Below are positions 51,745-64,000 of a stretch of 64,000 nucleotides of DNA, piece by piece; within the stretch, counting starts at the first letter, position 1, and each line of letters starts with the position of its first letter. The stretch covers positions 1-64,000 of the forward strand of contig JAHLWZ010000562.1 in the NCBI GenBank assembly GCA_020536535.1, read 5' to 3'. The translations under genes were made by a program, and so were the position numbers. This stretch comes from Pelomyxa schiedti. Lineage: Eukaryota > Protista > Evosea. The notes beneath the pieces are model-generated. The model was given only the letters and a program-made list of their open reading frames with translations. It was not told the DNA's origin and did not search any database.

Positions 51745-52251
51745 GGATCTGTTTGCAAAGATGTCGGAAAATTATACGATACGCACCACGCAACGTGCGG
51801 GAAAGGGAAAAAAAAAAAAAAAGCGTCCCCGAGACTCGACCCGCGTGTGGTTGTTTCTTGGTAAGTGTGTGGTTTGTGCGTGAGATCTTCGGCGTCGTTT
51901 TTGATGTCCGTTGTCCTTACCTTGTGGTTGTTGAGGGGGTTTTTCTTTTCTTTTTGTGTTTTCTTTTTTTTTCCTTTTCGTGCGGTGTGCACAGGGCGTA
52001 AAAATGGTATTTCCAAAAAGGAACAGAAGACCACAATTGCTCGGACACGTTCGTTTTTAGATCTCTCAGTCCCCTAGGGGCCTGCTGCTGCCTCCAAGCC
52101 AATTTGGTGCTCTCTGGAGCGCGAAAGCTAAATTAGCATCCACCATTTCTCTTGAAACTCGCCTCCCTAATTAAAATCACTGTCGCTTCGCCAAAAAAAC
52201 AAAAAAAAACCGTCCACAAGCAAGTATTCGAGAGACGTTGGGAACGAAACA

Positions 52252-57044
<4,793 letters not shown>

Positions 57045-57165
57045 TGGGTGCTCTGTTCCTTCTCAGATGTAACCATAAGAACGTAAAAAAAAAACCAGCA
57101 CATAAGTCAACCCTATCGTTTTTTTTTTCGAAAATCCAAGTTTTATGTAACGTAATGACCCCTGT

Positions 57166-59272
57166 CTAATGGGTTTGCTTCTTCCTCTTGAGGCCGAGTA
57201 CTGCATCCAGGAAGGTGCATTTGTTCAGAGCACAACCGGCTGCATTAACTCCACAAATAAGAGCCCCAGGAACTCCACCGAATTCCACTTGTTCTCCAGC
57301 AACAAGTAGACCAGTACAGTGAGCCAATCTGCACTGGGGCTTGTGGTTCTTGGCCCAGTCGAAATTGAGCCTCATAGCATACGAAGCCCCGGGGTCTTTG
57401 CCGAGCCAGTGAAGGGTTGAGAGTGGGGTTCCGAATTCCACGTGTTTCAGGTGGTCTTTGCATTGAGGCCGGGCTGCGATTAGCCGTTCTATCATGGCAT
57501 CTATGTTGGGAGTGAGGGCTAATGGTAACCGGATTGTGAGGGGAAGCTACAGACCTCCCAGCTGCGATTTGAATTTGAGGTATTCTGCTGGCCGGCTCCT
57601 AAATTTAGTTTCTTCCCACTCGGCAAACCAACTGTAGGGAGTCATGACAATTCCAACCAGAGATGTGAAATTGCTGTTGCTTGCCAGTTTCGCCTCGGTG
57701 CAGTAAAAGCCAAGGGGCATGTAATCGAACAACTCGCGCACATCATCTGGCCTTTTCTCTGGCAAATTGAACTATCCAGAGTAAGTACATGTAAGCTCGA
57801 AGTGGTAACTTACCGGTGTGTCCAGTTTGGCTGTAAATACATCTTTATTTGGTAATACGCACATAGTGGGAGACAAGCCAAGATTGTTCCAATTATCATC
57901 CAGCCCCACAAAGCAACAAGAATATCCTATTCCATATTCTTCAGATTTAGGTACATACGACATAAACTTCCCAGCGCCCTACACAGGAGATATTCAGTAC
58001 TTATTGGAGGGTACCCCATACCATCGACGCTGTGTTGGCAAATCCAATAGTGCTAATGACACAGTCAGCAGAATACTGTTCACCAGATTTTGTTTCGACT
58101 CCGGTGCATTTAGACCCAGAGAACAGGAACTAAATTATAGCGGGTAAACCACTACTTACACAAGATTGTCTTGTTACCTTAGTTACTTTGCACGAGGTTT
58201 TGATTGCGCCTCCGCGATTGCGGATTCCTTCAAGCATAGCGCTGGCAATTGCTGGACCACCTCCTATTGGGTATGATCGAGTAAAAGTGCCCCAGGTCAT
58301 TGCCAGACCTGCATTGGCTGGCATTTCGCTTGGACAAGTAGCCAGGACGTTGCAGGAAGACAGCCCAAGAATATGCCTCAGCTGCACATTACTTGTCAAA
58401 TCTGTGCAATACTTGGATGTGTTACTATCTTTTTTTTGGTGGGAATAATACTTGTTTCCACGTAGTAGATGTTAAAGTTGAGCCAAATATCGCCCATTTG
58501 ATCTTCAACAAAGCCCTGAGGAGGAATGGAAATTCATTCAATGCAGAACGGAGAACAAGTTCACTTCCAGCAATGCTTCCGATACTACGTACGAGGGTAA
58601 AATGCTTTGTGATAGCTGCACTTTCAGTGGGAAATTTCTCTTTGAGGTATCTTTCACGTGCGTCTCCTTCAAGAGGATTGTGAATCTCATTTGTGACTTT
58701 GCCACTCGGATCCAGGGAGTAGAAAGAACCCAGGGTTGCGTTGTGCCATTCATATTGCACCTTATTTTCACAAAGAGTATGCATGATAAACGACTTCAAA
58801 TCATCACCTCTCAGCATAGAACCATCCAGGCAATGTAAGCCAACTTCGAAAGAATAAGGTCCCCTCTGTTCAAGCATTAGCCCACGAAACTCCACATTAT
58901 AATTAATGGTCAGCAAGTTAAATTTGGATTTTCTTTAAGAATGAGAACCCTGGGCAAACTAACCTTGAAAACATACATTGAACCACCAGGACTGTGATGT
59001 TGTTCGAGAATCAAAACTCTCTTCCCGGCTCTACTCAGTACTGATGCCGCAGCCAAACCGCTCACCCCTGACCCCACTACTATCACATCCCACAATTTGC
59101 TCTCGTTCGAAGTGGCGGTGGCACTACTTGAAGCCTTCGATTCCCGCGTGTTCGAGTGCTCCATGAACAGAGAGTGTGAGGAAACAAACCAGCGGGAAAA
59201 AAGCTTGGCGAGGAGTATCAGTGCCAGGCCTGATGAGCCCAACAGAAGCACCAGGTCCCACCAGGCTCCCAT
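57166..59272 (-). CDS. FAD-dependent oxidoreductase, phytoene desaturase (CrtI)/retinol saturase (RETSAT) family, N-terminal membrane anchor
   Basis: Hydrophobic N-terminus. Rossmann motif WDVIVVGSGVSGLAAASVLSRAGKRVLILEQHHSPGG, then FEVGLH, YPIGGGPAIA, EFGTPLS and GLLVAGEQVEFGGVPGA. Confidence 0.87.
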
Positions 59273-59655
59273 TTTTATTCAGGAATATCAGTAAAGAAAG
59301 GAGGGGGAAAAAAAACTCGAAGGGAGTTCCTCTGTTGCGAGTTCGGTTCTCTCCACCCACTGGAAAAGGTGAAGGTTTGTGTGGCTGGTACATCACCGCA
59401 CACAGCGAGATTTGATGGAGATGGCGCTGCCACCTGCCGCAAATAGGAAGATTGCAATGAAGTTTCACAACGATTCACTCCGTGATTGAGAAAGACTCGG
59501 CGATGACAAACGCCGACAAGACGAACCCTATTTTTAACGTCCTGGAAAGGATTTTCCCTCTTTTTAAGTACAGGAAAGAAAAAACTGTCAAAGTCGAAAA
59601 AACCAGAAAGGAAAACCTCTACAACAGAAAGAAGGACAAACGGTTTGACACAGCC

Positions 59656-61874
59656 ATGAGTGGCTCAACATCATCTGACGAAGAGGTGCATGCAACTCCT
59701 ATTGTAATTGTAGCTGGCCCAGACCTTGACACTGGTTGGTACTCAACGGGTTAATAAAGTGATAAGTAATAACTGTACAGTGGATGGAGAAGGGGATTTA
59801 ACCTAAATATCTCAGATTTCACTTCAAAGTCTCATTTACTTGTTGATGGGAAGGAAGCCAGCATAGCCTTTCTGCGGGAATACTTTAGGAATGGAAAGGT
59901 TACACATGAGTCTTACATTTCTCGATTTCTTAAACACACTAGGATGCAGCGAGGGCCGATAAAACTGTCAGAAATAAGCAAGGGTACTTGTCACTCTCTG
60001 GAGTATACTTGAAACAGTTCCTCCATAAGAACAGAGGCGAAGCTGGAGCTGCAACTGTTATACACTATTTCAATGACTCTACAGCTGCGGCCTATGACAG
60101 GGCAGTTGCAAGTGCTTCAGTGCTGCTAATCAGCACCACTCTGATGCCCACTTGGAGCTTTGTAGAATCCCTGGCTGATAGGGCCAAGAGAATCAATCCA
60201 ACTATCACGGTTATCGCTGGTGGTGTAAGTGTGTACAAGTAAGTAACTGCATCCTATTTCTTTATCGGTATTAAGTCTCCTTCAGGATAGCCAAAGCAAG
60301 GAAGATGCTAGACGCAGGCCTTTTTGAGGCAACTCCCAAGCTGAGGGAGTTCTGGAAGTTTCTTATGAAACCGTACCAATCCAAAATTGACTTTGCAATT
60401 GCAAGTGTAGCCGGGGAACAGATTTTGTTGACTCTCCTGGACTGTTTGGAGCAGGTATGGATCTGTTTGTACTGGAAGAGAGTAGTCTAACTTCTTTGTT
60501 AAGGGATCTGATGCCTGGAAAACCATGCCAAATGTGATATGGTACGATCCCTCGGTTGGGGATTTTCATATGAATGAGCGTGAGTCCTTCCACATTATTA
60601 ATAACCTTAGTAATGATTCAATTCCGTTAGTTGTGGAAGAAAAGTCTTCAGACTGTGAGGTTGATTGGTCGCGAGAAAAGTGCCCTGAAGGGAGTATTTA
60701 CCCAGTGCAGGCTGGGCAAGGATGCCCATACAAGTAAACTTTTCTGTCGTGACGCTGGGTCTAAATAAAGTTTGAAGGTGTGGCTTTTGCGATTTTGTTG
60801 CTCTAGAACCTGTTGTGTATCGATGCAACACCAATGCTGTCATGAATACTGTGAGAAGCATCCCCTTATACAAAGGGCATAGACGAGTAAGTTTGTCTTT
60901 TTCTTTCCAATCTAAATCATTTAAGGTGTGGTTTACAAATGATAACTTGTTGGTCACACGCTCAGTGGCAGTGAATTTCCTCACAGAACTCATTCGACAG
61001 GATTTGCACTGTCGGTGGTACTCCTTCTTGAGGTTAGATAGACAGGACATGTTAATCACTACCAACATATCAATTTCAGACTTGACGCTGTTGCCGATGC
61101 AGAACTGGCCGATTTAATTGCACAGTCGGGTTGTGAAAGGGCCAATTTTGGATTGGAGAGTGGAGATCAAACGATCCTTGACAATATGGAAAAACATTGC
61201 CGTGTTGAGGTTGTTTTCCATGCCAAATATGTTGTTACTTAATCTCAGCAGGACATTCCACGTGGTATCAATTTCCTCCTGGAACGGAACATAATTGTGC
61301 GTGTATCCGTAATTGTGGGATATCCAGGAGAGACAAAGGAAACGATCATGAAGACAGTGAAACTTGTCAATAGTATCCAAGATACCGGAGTGTTTGAGGT
61401 GAAGGTACGAATTTCCAAGAATGACAAAAAAAAAAGTCGTTTTCGCTCATGCTTTCTTTCCAAAAGGTGTTCCCGCTTGGAATTTTCCCAATGGCGCCGA
61501 TTTCGACTCGGCAACAGAGGCAAAGATGGGGACTGCAAGGAATAGGACTTGTGTGGAAACATGACACAATGACATCAACTGAGGCGGCATTCTACGCCGA
61601 CAAGTTCGACGACTGGATCAGGCCCACAATTGGCTCCGTCTACTGCGCCGAGAACTGCTTCTTCTTCGACGTTGCAGACCCAGCAGCCAGAAGGACGGTG
61701 ATCGTACTCCGAAACATTGTACACTCCGATCATTTTTCCCCCTGCAGTTTGATGGTTTCTTTAACCAAAATGAAACAGCTGAGGAGGCGCTCAAGGGGAA
61801 ACAGAGAGGACGGGGATCCAAGGACAGACGAGCAAATCTGGGCAGCCCTTGAGGAAGTTTTGACTGCGAACTAA
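59656..61874 (+). CDS. Cobalamin (B12)-binding class B radical SAM enzyme, putative methyltransferase (PhpK-family-like pattern)
   Basis: B12-domain pattern LSLSGVYLKQFLHK...LLISTTL...NPTITVIAGG. Spliced CxxxCxxC motif GQGCPY|KCGFCDF. Also VWFTNDNL, WYSFLR, GLESGDQTILDNM, VIVGYPGET and GLVWKHDTM. Several GT-AG introns. Confidence 0.87.
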
Positions 61875-61943
61875 AGTCTCTCCCTCTTTGTTTTAAATAG
61901 AAATTTTTGGAGATTTGCCTTTGGGTTTTTGTTCTGTTTCCTT

Positions 61944-63971
61944 CTACACATTTTGTTCAGAAGTACTGCTTGGAAGATAATCCTTGGCCAATTGTAAGAG
62001 GTGACCACCAAGTTTTTGTGGTTGCTTGTGTTCTGCAACAAGGGAATAGAACGCATTTGTGAATGACTCCTCCAAAGCTGCCCAGAAGCCACATTCAGAA
62101 AGTGAGCTGGAACCATCAAAATTTTCCTATTGTTAGTGGGGTTCCGCGGTTAGTATTACTGAGAATTTGACTTGAGTCATGCACATACAAATGGGAGGTT
62201 AACGTCGAATGACAGAGGAATAGACTCAGAGTGTTTGTTTACGTATGGCACAATCACCCTTGCCATTGTGTTGGCGATGATGGACAAGTTCGGGTCTGGG
62301 ATACTGGTTTCCTGCAGTCTCACGTGCTTGAAATTGGTATCAAAATGCATCAGTACTTGGGGCTTCTCTTTTCTCTTGAGTTTCTGTGCAAGTGTTCTAT
62401 TAGGAAAAGGAGGACGGGTGTAAACAGATATTACCAGTTTGTCATATCTGCTTGGGTGCACTGTGCTGATATTAGCACAAAGGTCAACAGTACCGTGACA
62501 GATCCAAGCTATAGGTGGGGCTGCCCTATAGCTGAGAAGCTGTGCTTTCAAGTTTGTCATGTGGAGGTCGGTCTGGGGGATTCACTTGTAACTAAAAAGG
62601 TGTTGTGTGCTTAATTATTGCGTACCTCTTTCTTGTGTAATTGCTTGCTTGGCCTTCGGAACAGTGTAAACAAACTACCTGTAAATGCAGTTGGTGATAC
62701 TAGTGTGATTGACCGTGTAGGTTACCGTCAAACTGGCCAGCAGCCGACCTGCACATGAGCAAGTCCAACACAAGCCAATTTTGACGGAGAATATCACACT
62801 GAATTTCAAACAATCCAACAGAGAATGGCCTAAACATATCAGTGATAGTTGGCACAACCAAGAACAAACCTCGTATATGGAGCTGGTAAGTAAAGAGTGA
62901 CTGACACATCCCGCATGCGGAATTGGGAGAGATTAAACCCTTTTCTGCTTTTTCTAATCTCAGTTGTTTCGAGTTCCTCCTCTCTGCGCCTGTCGATTAT
63001 GCCTTTCACCCCTGTGCAATCGATTTCGGAAATAAGACCTTTCCCTAAAAAGTTTGGGTTGGCACCACAGGCGCATAAATGGGGATGCGAACCTACAATC
63101 CAGTGCAGAAGGGACAACTTCACATCAACCGATTCTGCAGATAAATCAAAGGATGCATCTGGTTTTGAGCTGTCATTTCGAAGAGCGCGCACATCACTCA
63201 CTCTGATCCGCCTCTTCTTCCATAACACAACCACGCTATCGGAAAACTGCAGCTGCGAATTTGTCTGAAATTCGAGATGTTTTCTCACGTGCCTCACAAC
63301 AAAACCTTTTGCCAAGTAGTGTCAGACTTGGGAAAGGGTAATGAAGCCATACCTTGAAACCGAAGAGCATTTGAAGCACTGAGCACAATTGAGGCAGCAG
63401 TAGTTGTAGCGACGAGTGCAAGAACGCCAGAAGCCACTCCAATCCACCATCTCAACAGCGGCCTAGCTAAATAGGTTAAAGCCTGTTACATAAGAATACT
63501 TAAAGTGCACATAGATTCAGTTGAAGAGCCAACGAAATTTAAATTGTAACAACACTCTCAAATCAAAGTCAATTTCATTCACATTCACATTCACACAACA
63601 AAATACCAAGTTTTGCGTCTTCCACGCGGGGTCGCCTCCGTGTCATTGTCCTTCTTGGCGTGTTTGTTTTTGTTCTTTACATCCCGCCCTTTCGCAATTT
63701 GGGTAGCTTCCGTGGCCAACGGCGAATCGTCGCACGCTGCTGTTGATTTAAATTGCGCGCCGGCAGCCGAATCGCCGTTGGCAGCGCTGGCTCCATCACC
63801 ACCACTGGGACCAATGACGTCATTGCACAGCAACTGCTCGGCCCACGACGTTGCGGAGTGCATGTTGGATGCAACTGCGCTCCTTCGTGAAAAAGACGGT
63901 GCACTGGCCGAGGCCAAGAGCACCCTTCGTGAAGTGAACGAGGGTGAGGACGAACGCGAGCGTGCTCCCAT
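61944..63971 (-). CDS. MDM31: Mdm31/Mdm32-like mitochondrial inner-membrane protein
   Basis: R/S-rich presequence-like N-terminus. TM segment LALVATTTAASIVLSASNALRFQ. Motifs GKGLISEIDCTGVKGIIDRR, RPFSVGLFEIQCDILRQNWLVLDLL, PIAWICHGTVDL, NTMARVIVPYVN and ENFDGSSSL follow the Mdm31 order. The start could lie beyond the window edge. Confidence 0.72.
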
Positions 63972-64000
63972 AATTTGGCGGCGCAGTACGGGGCCCACCA

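Noticed and set aside
59656-61874. Bacterial contaminant or endosymbiont DNA
   Set aside because: The gene has multiple GT-AG introns, one inside the Fe-S motif, and is contiguous with eukaryotic neighbours.

Overview
Compact, intron-rich eukaryotic DNA. Most introns are 37-110 nt GT-AG, and genes are typically 35-500 bp apart. The gene content (Roco kinase, sacsin, Cpras-type vWA, Niban-like PX protein) points to an amoebozoan. An anaerobic archamoeba such as Pelomyxa is my inference, not proven. All gene models were spliced by hand, so exon boundaries are approximate. About 19 protein-coding loci are present; I found no tRNA, rRNA, CRISPR array or transposase. 1-13 kb is a duplicated, partly decayed zone: a pseudo-patatin/SAM gene and its decayed paralogue, two copies of a PP2A/PP4-like pseudophosphatase, an ankyrin gene cut by a 100-N gap, and tandem and inverted repeats. 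13-64 kb holds, in order: C1-DH RhoGEF, WD40 protein, UBL-pseudokinase, eIF4B-like RRM protein, giant RING-WW-sacsin-F-box protein, Rab1-LRR-Roc-COR-kinase-WD40 fusion, RNI-like LRR protein, UBL-UBL-vWA-Ras fusion, proteasome alpha-3, triple-LIM protein, PX protein, actin-ZnF-vWA fusion, RETSAT/CrtI-like oxidoreductase head-to-head with a B12-dependent radical SAM enzyme, and an Mdm31-like protein. The most striking signals are (i) housekeeping switch modules (actin, Rab1, Ras) fused in frame into larger proteins, several with degenerate catalytic motifs, and (ii) an intron-containing, prokaryote-type cobalamin radical SAM methyltransferase.
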